Notes: generated from the letters alone by a model not told the origin. 58,220 bases of DNA from Clostridiales bacterium (GCA_029100885.1 JAQXPY010000042.1:1-58220); one strand, 5' to 3'; shown: positions 24,778 to 34,232, counted from the stretch's first letter. Program-made: numbers and translations.

Positions 24778-26672
24778 AAAAAAATATGAGAAAACAGCTG
24801 AAGGATCTGCGTCTTAAGATGCAGGAATATGATATTGAGATATATATAGTATCGGACAAGGATGAGCACCTGAGTGAATACACAGGAGCTCATTTTTGTG
24901 CTCTGGGTGAATTCAGCGGATTTACAGGCGGAGACGGGACGCTGGCGGTGACGCCGAACGAAGCGGCGCTCTGGACTGACGGAAGATATTTCATTCAGGC
25001 TGAAGTTGAACTTAAGGACAGTGGAATAGATCTGATGAGAATGGGCGAAAAAGATACGCCCTCAGTAAATATGTGGATAAGAGAGCATCTTTCCGAGAAC
25101 GGCAGGATAGGCTTTGACGGAAGATGTACTCCGTATCTTGAGGGAGTAATGCTGGCGAGAGAGGACAGAAGCGGCCTCGGACCCCTTACGGATACGGATA
25201 TGTGCGGGCTTGTCTGGAAAAACAGGCCTGAAGAATATGTTTCAGAATGCTGGATACTGCAGGAAGGGTATTGCGGGCAGTCTGCGGGTGAGAAGCTTTC
25301 TATGGTGAGAAGAGCCATGAGCCTCGCAGGTGCTGCGGTTCATGTTATTGCGTCCCTTGACGACATAGCGTGGATCACAAATCTCAGAGCTGACGATATT
25401 CCATGCAATCCGGTATTTTCAGCTTATATGATCATAAAGAAGGAAACTGCATTTTTATACAGTGACATACGCCATTTTAACAGCGAAGTCACGGCTTATC
25501 TTACGGATATCGGTATAGAAATAAGAGACAAGGACAGTGTTTTTGAGGATACGGCAAATTGCGAAGGCCCTGTTCTTCTCGACAGGAAGAGATGCAGCTA
25601 TGAGCTTGTAAACAGGCTGAAGGCGGGAACACGGATAATCGACAGACTAAACCCGGCCATGACCGCAAAATGCAGAAAGAACGCGGTTGAGACAGAGAAT
25701 ATTCGACTGGCCCAGCATATGGACAGCTTAGCGGTCACAAGATTTATATACTGGTTTAAAAATACCGTGTTTTGTGAAGGAGAAGCGAGTAATAAGAAAG
25801 TCCGGAATGCCTCCGATGCCGCTTCCGCGCTTTTCAATGAGGAGCATAAGGAGGGACAAAGGTATATCACCGAATGGGACTGCGTTCGTAAGCTTCATGA
25901 ACTGAGATGCGAGTGCGGCAAAGGGCATTTTATCGGGGAGAGCTTTAATACTATATCGGCCTACGGACCTAATGCGGCGATGGCTCATTATATGCCTTCG
26001 GAAAATGCCGAGGTACCTATAGAGCCGCACGGGTTTTATCTTGTGGATTCCGGAGGACAGTATTATGAAGGAACTACCGATATCACAAGAACCCTCGGCT
26101 GCGGAGAGCTTACTGACCGGGAAAGAAGAGCCTTTACCCTGACTCTGTGTGCTAACCTGCGATTGGCAGCCGCGGTATTTCCTTCGGGCTGTTCAAATCT
26201 CGTACTGGATTATGCCGCCAGAGAACCCTTTTGGAAATACGGCATGAACTATAATCACGGTACGGGTCACGGGGTCGGCTACCTGCTGAATGTTCATGAG
26301 GCGCCCGTCGGAATCAGGTATAAGGCTTCAACTCAGGAGGGAATATATCCTCTTGAGGAGGGAATGTATCTTTCTGATGAGCCGGGTTTTTATCAGCAGG
26401 GAAGCTTCGGGGTCAGACTTGAAAACCTTCTGCTTGTAAAAAAACTGTATGAAAATGAATACGGCAGCTTTCTGTCCTTTGAGACTTGCACATTAGTGCC
26501 CTTTGATACCTCCTGTATCGAGCCTTCTCTTATGACGGCAGAGGATATCCGCCTTCTCAACAGCTATCATGAGAGGGTCTATAGGGAGCTTTCCGCAGAT
26601 CTGAACGAAAGGGAGCGCAAGTGGCTTGAGATGCAGTGCAGACCCGTTGCTTTTGAATTGTATTCCTGTTAA
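24774..26672 (+). CDS. M24B Xaa-Pro aminopeptidase (aminopeptidase P family, creatinase-like N-domains)
   Basis: The C-terminal pita-bread domain has the metal ligands DSGGQY...DITRT...HGTGHGVG...SDEPGFY...RLENLL. The start overlaps the HAD stop (ATGA). Confidence 0.85.
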   Translation: MKKNMRKQLKDLRLKMQEYDIEIYIVSDKDEHLSEYTGAHFCALGEFSGFTGGDGTLAVTPNEAALWTDGRYFIQAEVELKDSGIDLMRMGEKDTPSVNMWIREHLSENGRIGFDGRCTPYLEGVMLAREDRSGLGPLTDTDMCGLVWKNRPEEYVSECWILQEGYCGQSAGEKLSMVRRAMSLAGAAVHVIASLDDIAWITNLRADDIPCNPVFSAYMIIKKETAFLYSDIRHFNSEVTAYLTDIGIEIRDKDSVFEDTANCEGPVLLDRKRCSYELVNRLKAGTRIIDRLNPAMTAKCRKNAVETENIRLAQHMDSLAVTRFIYWFKNTVFCEGEASNKKVRNASDAASALFNEEHKEGQRYITEWDCVRKLHELRCECGKGHFIGESFNTISAYGPNAAMAHYMPSENAEVPIEPHGFYLVDSGGQYYEGTTDITRTLGCGELTDRERRAFTLTLCANLRLAAAVFPSGCSNLVLDYAAREPFWKYGMNYNHGTGHGVGYLLNVHEAPVGIRYKASTQEGIYPLEEGMYLSDEPGFYQQGSFGVRLENLLLVKKLYENEYGSFLSFETCTLVPFDTSCIEPSLMTAEDIRLLNSYHERVYRELSADLNERERKWLEMQCRPVAFELYSC

Positions 26673-26698
26673 AATTATTTTTCAGAGGTTGAAGAATC

Positions 26699-29278
26699 AT
26701 GAAAAGAAATGTTCTTGTTGTGGAAGACAATGATCTTAACAGGGAAATGCTGACTGAAATACTCAGTGATGAGTATACGGTGCTGCAGGCGGAAAACGGA
26801 CAGAGGGCATTGGAGATTCTCAGAGGAAATGAGAATATATCCCTTATACTGCTGGATGTGATGATGCCTGTGATGGACGGCTATACGTTTTTACGCATAA
26901 TCAAGGCTGATAATGAGCTTTCTCTTATTCCGGTCATAGTTATGACTCAGGGCGATACAGAGAAGGATGAGATAGAGGCGCTTTCAAACGGTGCCACGGA
27001 TTTTGTTCCGAAGCCCTACAGACCAAAGGTCATCCTGCACAGAGCTGCCAGTCTGATCAGGCTCCGGGAAACAGCCGCCATGGTCAACCAGCTCAAATAT
27101 GACAGTCTGACCGGTCTCTATACCAAGGAGTATTTTTACAGGATAGTCAAGGACATTCTCGATGAGCATCCGGATATCAGATATTCGATAGTATGCACCA
27201 ATATTGAGAGCTTCAAGCTCTATAATGATTCGTATGGAAGAGATGCGGGGGATGAACTGTTAAAAAAGACTGCAAGGCGGATGCTGGAGATAATAGCTCC
27301 TTATGGTATCGGTGCAAGGATATCGGCAGACAGATTCCTGTGTCTCGTAAAAAGCTCCAGAGAGGACGAATTTGAAGACTTCAGGGCGGGAGCGGGTTTT
27401 GCCAATAATTTTTTTAATAATAACAATACTCAGATAAAGTGGGGTGTCTTTGAGATAAAGGACCGCAGTATTGACGTCGAACATATGTGTGACTTTGCCG
27501 AGATGGCGGTAAACAGTATCAAGGGTCAGTACAACACACCTTACAGCCTGTATGATGAAAAGCTGATGAATAAGCTGCTCCGTGAGAAGGCTATTACGGA
27601 TTCTATGGAGAAGGCGCTTGCAGGCGATCAGTTTGAAATTTATTTTCAGCCGAAATATGATCTGAAAAACGAATGCATGTCAGGAGCGGAGGCTCTTGTC
27701 AGGTGGCAGCATCCGGAGATCGGATTCATGTCACCGGGAGAGTTTATTCCGTTATTTGAAAAGAACGGTTTTATCTCAAGGCTGGACAATTATGTATGGG
27801 ACCGGACATGTCGCTATCTGAGTGAGTGGCAAAAGCAGGGGATTGCTGCAGTTCCTGTGTCCGTCAATGTTTCGAGAGCCGATGTATTCATCGGAGACCT
27901 GACAGATATATTCAGCTCATTAGTTAAAAAATACGATATTAGCCCTTCTCTCTTGCATCTGGAAATCACAGAAAGCGCATATTCTGAGAATCCGGCCAAG
28001 ATCATTTCTGCAGTCGAGAAGCTGCGCAGTCTGGGCTTTGTTATTGAAATGGATGATTTTGGCAGCGGCTACTCGTCTTTGAATATGCTCAGTCAGATGA
28101 GCCTGGATATTCTTAAGCTGGATATGTCATTTATCAGAAACGAGCTTCAAAAGCCTTTAGGACACAGCGTCTTAAGCGACGTAATAAAAATGGCTCACAG
28201 GATGGGGCTTAAGGTCGTTGCTGAAGGAGTTGAGACAAAGGAGCAGGTCAGAAGGCTTAAGCAGGTGGACTGTGATTATGTTCAGGGCTACTATTTTGCA
28301 AAGCCGATGCCGGCTGCACAGTTTTCGGAGCTGATTTCCGAGATTCGGGAAAAGACCTCTGAAGATATATGCAGAAAGTATATTCGTGCCGGGAACAAAA
28401 GGTACATTATTGCGGCAGACAAGGATGCAAATTTCAGAAACCGTATAATTAATTTGTTAGGGAAGGATTATCACATACTTGAGGCTGAGACTATCGGTGC
28501 CGTTACAGAGCTTATAGAGGCCTGTTCCGATGCCGATTCCCTGACTGTTCTTATCAACCCTGCACTTCCGGGAGGGGATACCGCAGATATTATAAGGAAG
28601 ATCAGACAAAACCCGGCTCATTGGAATATACCGATACTTGCAGTCATTGATGGTCCGGGTCATGCTGAAAGCTTCAGGTCACTGGAAGCATTCGATGATT
28701 TTCTCTGCAAGGCTCATCCGCTCTTTGATGTTAAGCGCAGGGTCGAAAACATGTCTGAGCTGGCCTTTATCAGACGCAGAGAGCGATTGCTTCAGGAGGA
28801 GGCAAATTCAGATCCTCTTACAGGTCTTCTGAACAGAAGAGGCTTCAATGCCGCGATCGGCAGGATAAAAAATGAGGACTATCCGATTGCCCTGTATATT
28901 TTTGATCTGGATAATCTGAAGATGATCAATGACAGGTTTGGACACGATGCAGGAGACAGAGTCATTACAGCCTTTGCCGAAATACTTAAGGAAAATACGC
29001 GGGTCGGAGACATTCTCTGCAGATACGGCGGAGATGAGTTTGTAGCTGTTCTTGGGAACATCAACGATAAAGAGTCGGTTTTAGAAAGAGGCAACATGAT
29101 ATGCAGTCTTCTGAGGCAGACATTTGAGGGGGATATAATTCCTGCTGCCTGCTCAGCCGGAGCAGTGCTTGCCTGCAGCGACACAGAGCTTTCACAAAAA
29201 CTGGTGGACATGGCGGACAAGGCTCTTTATGAGGCAAAGAATCATAATAAAGGAACTTGCCGTATCATTGAAGTATGA
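26699..29278 (+). CDS. Multidomain c-di-GMP signalling protein: REC - degenerate GGDEF - EAL - pseudo-receiver - GGDEF (with I-site)
   Basis: REC: VLVVEDNDLNR...LLDVMMPVMDGY...KP. The first GGDEF-like domain has SADRF in place of GGDEF. EAL motifs: EALVRW, NVS, EITES, DDFGSGYSS, EGVET, QGYY. The second receiver-like domain has N at the phospho-acceptor position (VLINPALPG). The C-terminal domain reads RVGDILCRYGGDEF. Confidence 0.9.
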   Translation: MKRNVLVVEDNDLNREMLTEILSDEYTVLQAENGQRALEILRGNENISLILLDVMMPVMDGYTFLRIIKADNELSLIPVIVMTQGDTEKDEIEALSNGATDFVPKPYRPKVILHRAASLIRLRETAAMVNQLKYDSLTGLYTKEYFYRIVKDILDEHPDIRYSIVCTNIESFKLYNDSYGRDAGDELLKKTARRMLEIIAPYGIGARISADRFLCLVKSSREDEFEDFRAGAGFANNFFNNNNTQIKWGVFEIKDRSIDVEHMCDFAEMAVNSIKGQYNTPYSLYDEKLMNKLLREKAITDSMEKALAGDQFEIYFQPKYDLKNECMSGAEALVRWQHPEIGFMSPGEFIPLFEKNGFISRLDNYVWDRTCRYLSEWQKQGIAAVPVSVNVSRADVFIGDLTDIFSSLVKKYDISPSLLHLEITESAYSENPAKIISAVEKLRSLGFVIEMDDFGSGYSSLNMLSQMSLDILKLDMSFIRNELQKPLGHSVLSDVIKMAHRMGLKVVAEGVETKEQVRRLKQVDCDYVQGYYFAKPMPAAQFSELISEIREKTSEDICRKYIRAGNKRYIIAADKDANFRNRIINLLGKDYHILEAETIGAVTELIEACSDADSLTVLINPALPGGDTADIIRKIRQNPAHWNIPILAVIDGPGHAESFRSLEAFDDFLCKAHPLFDVKRRVENMSELAFIRRRERLLQEEANSDPLTGLLNRRGFNAAIGRIKNEDYPIALYIFDLDNLKMINDRFGHDAGDRVITAFAEILKENTRVGDILCRYGGDEFVAVLGNINDKESVLERGNMICSLLRQTFEGDIIPAACSAGAVLACSDTELSQKLVDMADKALYEAKNHNKGTCRIIEV

Positions 29279-29386
29279 TATCGTGACGAGTTTGAGGATC
29301 GGACGGCATATTACAGAGCTGCACCCGGTCTAAGACGAGTGCATTGCGAATGTACATTGACGCCTGCTGAAAAGCTTAAAGAAAAT

Positions 29387-29450
29387 AAGGCTCCCTTCGG
29401 TATGGATCAGACGTAATGAAATGTCTGTCCTGTTCGAAGGGAGCTTTTTG
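29387..29450. terminator. Bidirectional terminator between convergent genes
   Basis: 10-bp stem GCTCCCTTCG (29390-29399) / CGAAGGGAGC (29435-29444) with an inner CAGAC/GTCTG helix. It is flanked by an A-rich tract 5' and TTTTT 3'. Confidence 0.6.
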
Positions 29451-29528
29451 TTTCAAAAGATCGCAGATTATAAACTGACCGTTATAAAGAAGTGAACTCT
29501 ATTCCGTCGGAAAAGGACCGTATCAATA

Positions 29529-30170
29529 TCAATATCCGAGATCCTCGTTTACAACGATCACATGCATGCGGTCAGGCAGCTTATTGCAGCGTGTCACAAG
29601 GAACTCACTGCAGATAGTCTTAGGGTTAAGACAATTGAGACAGGAGCCGGCTTTCTGACAAGGAGTATCTATGCTGAGTCTTGCACAGTTTATCGGAGCC
29701 GCTACATTACGGGCGCGGCTCATGGCTGTATCCATGTCCTTGGCTATCTTGTTTATGCCGATTATAAATACTACCTTCCTCGGACCGTAGCTGATGGCTG
29801 AGACACGATTTCCGTTTCCGTCAATATTAATAATGATTCCGTCCTCGGTAACGGCATTCGCGCTTGTGATGTACACATCTGCGCCGTAGATCTGGATGTA
29901 CTTTTCACGCATTTCCTCCGGATTCTTCGCAAGCTCACGGCGGATAAGATTGTATTTTTTGTTATCCAGAGCATCCTTCAGACCGATCTCGTCAAGAGTC
30001 ATGGATCCGCCGTATCCTACAGAACTGCCTTCCGGAATAAGATCAAGAGCGAGTTTAAGTGCCTCCTCTTTTGTTTCTGCATAGTAGCCGTGGATCCAGC
30101 GCTTTTCAAAAGCATCTATTACCTTATGACATAGAATGTTTCCTATTTTCTTTCGGTTCGCATCATTCAT
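29529..30170 (-). CDS. LUD-domain protein (lactate-utilisation LutC/YkgG-like, DUF162)
   Basis: GSSVGYGGSMTLDEIGL...ITSANAVTEDGIIINIDGNGNRV...VIVVNEDLGY matches the LUD-domain pattern. Confidence 0.75.
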   Translation of the reverse strand: MNDANRKKIGNILCHKVIDAFEKRWIHGYYAETKEEALKLALDLIPEGSSVGYGGSMTLDEIGLKDALDNKKYNLIRRELAKNPEEMREKYIQIYGADVYITSANAVTEDGIIINIDGNGNRVSAISYGPRKVVFIIGINKIAKDMDTAMSRARNVAAPINCARLSIDTPCQKAGSCLNCLNPKTICSEFLVTRCNKLPDRMHVIVVNEDLGY

Positions 30171-30276
30171 GTTAATTACCTCGCAATAAATTGAAATTAT
30201 TGATATTTTTCGGTATTATTATAAGGATTTAAATTGTTGAGGACAAGTATTTTGTTCGGAAGAGGAACTTAAGCAT

Positions 30277-30489
30277 ATGAGTGAAAAAAAGATAAGATAC
30301 GATTACAACAGACTGCGCAGAGATATGCAGGACGAATATCTGGCTGCAATGCTTGTCGGCTTTGATGAGAATACCCCGGATCTTATGGACCTGCAGATGG
30401 CAGGCTGGTCCGAGCTGCTGGAGGCGGCGCCGAGGCTCGGATATGATATCAATGACTATATTATTCCGGATGAAGAGGAGCAGCCTTGA
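30277..30489 (+). CDS. Small acidic hypothetical protein (70 aa), translationally coupled to trmO
   Basis: ATG at 30277 with a purine-rich GAAGAGGAA upstream. Its stop TGA (30487-30489) overlaps the TTG start of the next gene (cTTGA). I recognise no motif. Confidence 0.45.
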   Translation: MSEKKIRYDYNRLRRDMQDEYLAAMLVGFDENTPDLMDLQMAGWSELLEAAPRLGYDINDYIIPDEEEQP

Positions 30490-31175
30490 ATATTGAACCC
30501 GTAGCTCATATATATACCGATTTTCCGGCAAAATTCGGTCTTCCGAGGCAGAGCGGACTCATTAACGGACTCAAGGGCAGGATAGTGTTTGAACCTCCCT
30601 TCAGAAATCCGGAATCTGTCAGGGGGCTGTCGGAATTCAGCCATATATGGCTGCTTTGGGATTTTTCCATGGCTCACCGCAAGGGCTTCTGTGCTACGGC
30701 CTGTCCTCCGAGACTGGGCGGGAAAACTCATATGGGTATCTGGGCAACAAGGTCGCCGTTTCGTCCAAACAGCATCGGTCTGTCCTCAGTCAGACTGGAC
30801 AGGGTGGAGCTTACCGATGAGGGTCCCGTTCTCTGGGTATCCGGTATTGATATGACAGATGGTACTCCTGTTTATGATATCAAGCCGTATATCAGATACG
30901 ACTGTCATCCTGATGCGGTGGACGGCTATGTGGAGCATACTGAATGTCACAGCCTCAGAGTACAGGATCCTGATGGCCTCATTGATGCTCTGGATATAGG
31001 GGATGAGAGGAAACAGGCTCTGAGGGAGGTGCTTTCACAGGATCCCCGCCCCCAGTATGATGCGGATGATATAGGAAACAGAAGGTACGGGTTTTATTTT
31101 ATGGATCTCGATGTCAGGTTTCGCGTACGGGGAGATATACTTGAGGTATGCGAGATAGTAACCGCAGTCCTGTGA
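30486..31175 (+). CDS. trmO: tRNA (N6-threonylcarbamoyladenosine37-N6)-methyltransferase TrmO (TsaA/YaeB family)
   Basis: VAHIYTDFPAKFGLPRQSGL...FSHIWLLWDF...RSPFRPNSIGLSSVRL...GIDMTDGTPVYDIKPY are TsaA-family signatures. Confidence 0.85.
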   Translation: MNIEPVAHIYTDFPAKFGLPRQSGLINGLKGRIVFEPPFRNPESVRGLSEFSHIWLLWDFSMAHRKGFCATACPPRLGGKTHMGIWATRSPFRPNSIGLSSVRLDRVELTDEGPVLWVSGIDMTDGTPVYDIKPYIRYDCHPDAVDGYVEHTECHSLRVQDPDGLIDALDIGDERKQALREVLSQDPRPQYDADDIGNRRYGFYFMDLDVRFRVRGDILEVCEIVTAVL

Positions 31176-31375
31176 AGCCTGCCGAGATACTGTCCTTTCT
31201 GTTGTTTTATGATTGAAACAGAGCTGCCGCAGCAGCTTAGGCTTAATGTAATGGGCAGCTTTACATATCGTTCTGTTTTATTGATTGAAGTTCTGTCATG
31301 CAGCTCTGCACTGTAATATTTTGGTTGACATTTCGGAAACATATATGATATAGTGTATGGGCTTCAGGTAAGCAG

Positions 31376-31448
31376 GCTGATATAGCACAGGTGGTAGTGC
31401 GTCGCATTGGTAATGCGGAGGTCTCGGGTCCGAGTCCCGATATCAGCT
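31376..31448 (+). tRNA. tRNA-Thr (anticodon GGU), 73 nt, CCA not encoded
   Basis: Manual cloverleaf: acceptor GCTGATA/TATCAGC, D-stem GCAC/GTGC, anticodon stem TCGCA/TGCGG, loop TT-GGT-AA, variable AGGTC, T-stem TCGGG/CCCGA. The T-loop is TCCGAGT (C at position 55). Confidence 0.85.
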
Positions 31449-31454
31449 TATGGC

Positions 31455-31486
31455 AGGCAGGTCTTCGGATCTGCCTTTTGTTTTTT
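31455..31486 (+). terminator. Terminator after tRNA-Thr
   Basis: AGGCAGGTC-TTCG-GATCTGCCT hairpin followed by TTTTGTTTTTT. Confidence 0.6.
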
Positions 31487-31557
31487 ACTATGGAGTAAAC
31501 CGGGAGCCGGGTCAGAGCCGGAGCCTGAAGGAATAGGAATGACGGAGATTGATTTTT

Positions 31558-32241
31558 ATGAAGGATATTAAACATATCAGCGTGGCGATAGACGGCCCGT
31601 CCGGAGTCGGCAAGTCAACCATAGCAAAGCTTCTTTCCCAAGAGCTCGGATTTGTATACATCGATACCGGAGCCATGTTCAGAACTTTGGCGGTCCATGT
31701 TTTAGATAAAAACACCAGGCTTTCCGACTGCGAACAGGTGGAGCGGGCTATTGAGGATGCTGATATCGCTGTCAGATATATCGGCGGAACTCAGCATATG
31801 CTTCTGAACGGAGAGGATGTAACAGATAGGCTGAGGACAGAGCGGGTATCGGCGGCGGCCTCCGTTATTTCCCAGTATCCCAAGGTCAGGCAGACTCTGC
31901 TTCATCTTCAGAGGTCTATTGCCGAAAAGGAAGATGTAATCATGGACGGCAGAGATATAGGAACCGTCGTGCTTCCCGATGCGGATGTAAAAATATTCCT
32001 TACCGCCGCACCGGAAATCAGGGCGCAGCGACGCTTTGACCAGCTGAAGGCAGCCGGAAAATTAGAGGGAGCCTTATTGGAGGATATTCTCAGGGATCAG
32101 CAGGAAAGAGACCACAGGGATTCTAACAGAGAGGCTGCTCCTTTAAGGGCAGCGGAGGATGCTGTTCTGATCGATACCTCGTTTCTTTCCGCAGATGAGG
32201 TCAAGACACTTATATGCAGCGAAATCAGGGGCATCGGATAA
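31558..32241 (+). CDS. cmk: Cytidylate kinase
   Basis: ISVAIDGPSGVGKSTIAKLLSQELGFVYIDTGAMFR is the Cmk N-terminal signature. ATG at 31558 lies 10 nt after GGAG. Confidence 0.9.
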   Translation: MKDIKHISVAIDGPSGVGKSTIAKLLSQELGFVYIDTGAMFRTLAVHVLDKNTRLSDCEQVERAIEDADIAVRYIGGTQHMLLNGEDVTDRLRTERVSAAASVISQYPKVRQTLLHLQRSIAEKEDVIMDGRDIGTVVLPDADVKIFLTAAPEIRAQRRFDQLKAAGKLEGALLEDILRDQQERDHRDSNREAAPLRAAEDAVLIDTSFLSADEVKTLICSEIRGIG

Positions 32242-32245
32242 GGAC

Positions 32246-33118
32246 ATGGAAGTAAGATTAGCTGAAACTGCAGGCTTCTGCTACGGAGTGGAAAGAGCTG
32301 TCAATACAGTATACGAAGAGATAGAAAAGGGTACGCGCCCGATATTTACATACGGTCCGATCGTACATAATGACCTTGTGGTCAATGAGCTCGGAGCAAA
32401 GGGCGTCCGGGTGATCAAAGATCCGGATATGCTCAGGAATATGTCAGTATCCGGAGAACTCAGAGGTTCTGCGGTGATTATCAGAGCTCACGGTGTCGGC
32501 CGCGATGTGACGGAGATTTTAGATAACACTGAGGATGTTGTGACTGTGGATGCGACCTGTCCGTTTGTGAAAAAGATCCATCGTATCGTCACTGCCCGCC
32601 ATGCCGGCGGAGAGAATATTATTGTAACCGGATCGGCTTCCCATCCGGAGGTTATAGGGATCCTCGGACAGATAGGAAATCAGGCTGTTGTGCTTGAAAG
32701 CACTGAGGATGCGGAAAGGTTCTGCCCGGTACCGGACAGGCATTACTGCGTAGTCTCGCAGACTACTTTTAATGTCCAAAAATTTCAAGATATTGTTGAT
32801 ATTTTGAAAAAAAAGATATATTATGTTCATATTGTTGATACTATTTGCAATGCTACACAACTAAGGCAGAAAGAAGCCTTGGCTTTAAGTCGTGAATGCG
32901 ATGCCATGATAGTGATCGGAGGCAGACATTCGTCAAATACAACCAAGCTTTTCGATATCTGTTCTAAGGAATGTAGTATGACCTATTTTATAGAGTCTTT
33001 ACAAGACTTCACAGAGAAACTCGATAGTTCCGTGCGTTGCGTTGGTATTACTGCAGGGGCATCAACCCCAAAAACCATTATTCAGGAGGTCCTAAAATAT
33101 GTCAGAGATGAGTTTTGA
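32246..33118 (+). CDS. ispH: 4-hydroxy-3-methylbut-2-enyl diphosphate reductase
   Basis: AGFCYGVERAV...CPFVKK...VVSQTT...ICNAT...SSNT...GASTP are LytB/IspH signatures including the three cluster cysteines. Confidence 0.9.
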   Translation: MEVRLAETAGFCYGVERAVNTVYEEIEKGTRPIFTYGPIVHNDLVVNELGAKGVRVIKDPDMLRNMSVSGELRGSAVIIRAHGVGRDVTEILDNTEDVVTVDATCPFVKKIHRIVTARHAGGENIIVTGSASHPEVIGILGQIGNQAVVLESTEDAERFCPVPDRHYCVVSQTTFNVQKFQDIVDILKKKIYYVHIVDTICNATQLRQKEALALSRECDAMIVIGGRHSSNTTKLFDICSKECSMTYFIESLQDFTEKLDSSVRCVGITAGASTPKTIIQEVLKYVRDEF

Positions 33119-34232
33119 AGATATGCTCAATGAGTCTTTCAAAACAATAAGAACAGGAGAGGTGGTTACAGGCAAGGTGATCGATGTAAAGCCGGAATGC
33201 ATTCTGCTTAACATTGGTTATAAGTCCGACGGTATTATCAGCAGAGCCGATTACTCGGCAGATAACTCTCTTGACCTTACAACAGCAGTAAGCGTTGGCG
33301 ACGAGCTGGAGGCTAAGGTGAGAAAGGTTAACGACGGAGAGGGTCTTGTAGTTCTCAGCCACAGGGACATTCTCAACGAGAAGAACAATCAGAAGATCCA
33401 GGAAGCATTCGATAACAAGGAGATCCTTATCGGAACTGTAGACAGAGCCGTTAACGGAGGTCTTTCTGTAGTATACGACGGCGTCAAGCTGTTTGTTCCT
33501 GCAAGCCTTGTTTCAGACACCTTCGAGAGAGACCTTACAAAGTATGTGGGTCAGGATATTGAGTTCATCATCACAGAGTTCAATCCTCAGAAGCACAGGA
33601 TCATCGGTGACCGCAAGAGGATCATTTCAGAGCGTAAGGCAAGCGCTAAGAAGGCTCTTCTTGAGAGCATTCATGAGGGTGATGTTATCGACGGAACAGT
33701 TAAGAACGTCACAGACTTCGGTGCATTTATCGATCTCGGCGGAGCTGACGGACTGCTTCATATCTCAGAGATGGGATGGGGCAGGACAGAGAGCCCTAAG
33801 AAGGCATTCAGGTCAGGCGATACTATCAGGGTTATGATCAAGAGCATCAGCGAAGACGGAAAGATCGCTCTTACACGTAAGTTCCCTGATGAGAACCCAT
33901 GGGTACTTGCTCTTACAAAATATGCTGTCGGCAATGTTGTTGAAGGAAAAGTAGCAAGACTTGCTGATTTCGGTGCGTTTGTTAATCTTGAGCAGGGCAT
34001 CGATGCGCTCCTTCATGTCTCTCAGATCTCAACAGAGAGAATTGAGAAGCCTGCTGATGTCCTCAAGGTAGGAGATATCGTAAGAGCAAAGGTTACTGAT
34101 CTTGATGCAGAGGCTAAGAAGATCTCGCTTTCTGTCAAGGCTCTTCTTAACGCAGAGGCTAAGAAGGAAAAGGAAGAGGAGGCAGACGCAGAGGTTGCCG
34201 ACGCTTATACTGATGACGCTTCAGAGGAATAA
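33099..34232 (+). CDS. rpsA: 30S ribosomal protein S1 (four S1 motifs, short Firmicute type)
   Basis: Repeated S1/OB motifs (GKVIDVKPECILLNIGYKSDGII, GTVDRAVNGGLSV, GTVKNVTDFGAFIDLGGADGLLHISE, GKVARLADFGAFVNLEQGIDALLHVSQ). The start overlaps the ispH end by 20 nt in another frame. Confidence 0.88.
   Translation: MSEMSFEDMLNESFKTIRTGEVVTGKVIDVKPECILLNIGYKSDGIISRADYSADNSLDLTTAVSVGDELEAKVRKVNDGEGLVVLSHRDILNEKNNQKIQEAFDNKEILIGTVDRAVNGGLSVVYDGVKLFVPASLVSDTFERDLTKYVGQDIEFIITEFNPQKHRIIGDRKRIISERKASAKKALLESIHEGDVIDGTVKNVTDFGAFIDLGGADGLLHISEMGWGRTESPKKAFRSGDTIRVMIKSISEDGKIALTRKFPDENPWVLALTKYAVGNVVEGKVARLADFGAFVNLEQGIDALLHVSQISTERIEKPADVLKVGDIVRAKVTDLDAEAKKISLSVKALLNAEAKKEKEEEADAEVADAYTDDASEE

Noticed and set aside
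31094-31575. Minus-strand ORFs of 82 and 104 aa overlapping the tRNA-Thr locus
   Set aside because: They overlap a tRNA with its promoter and terminator, and also the cmk start. They have no RBS and no motifs.
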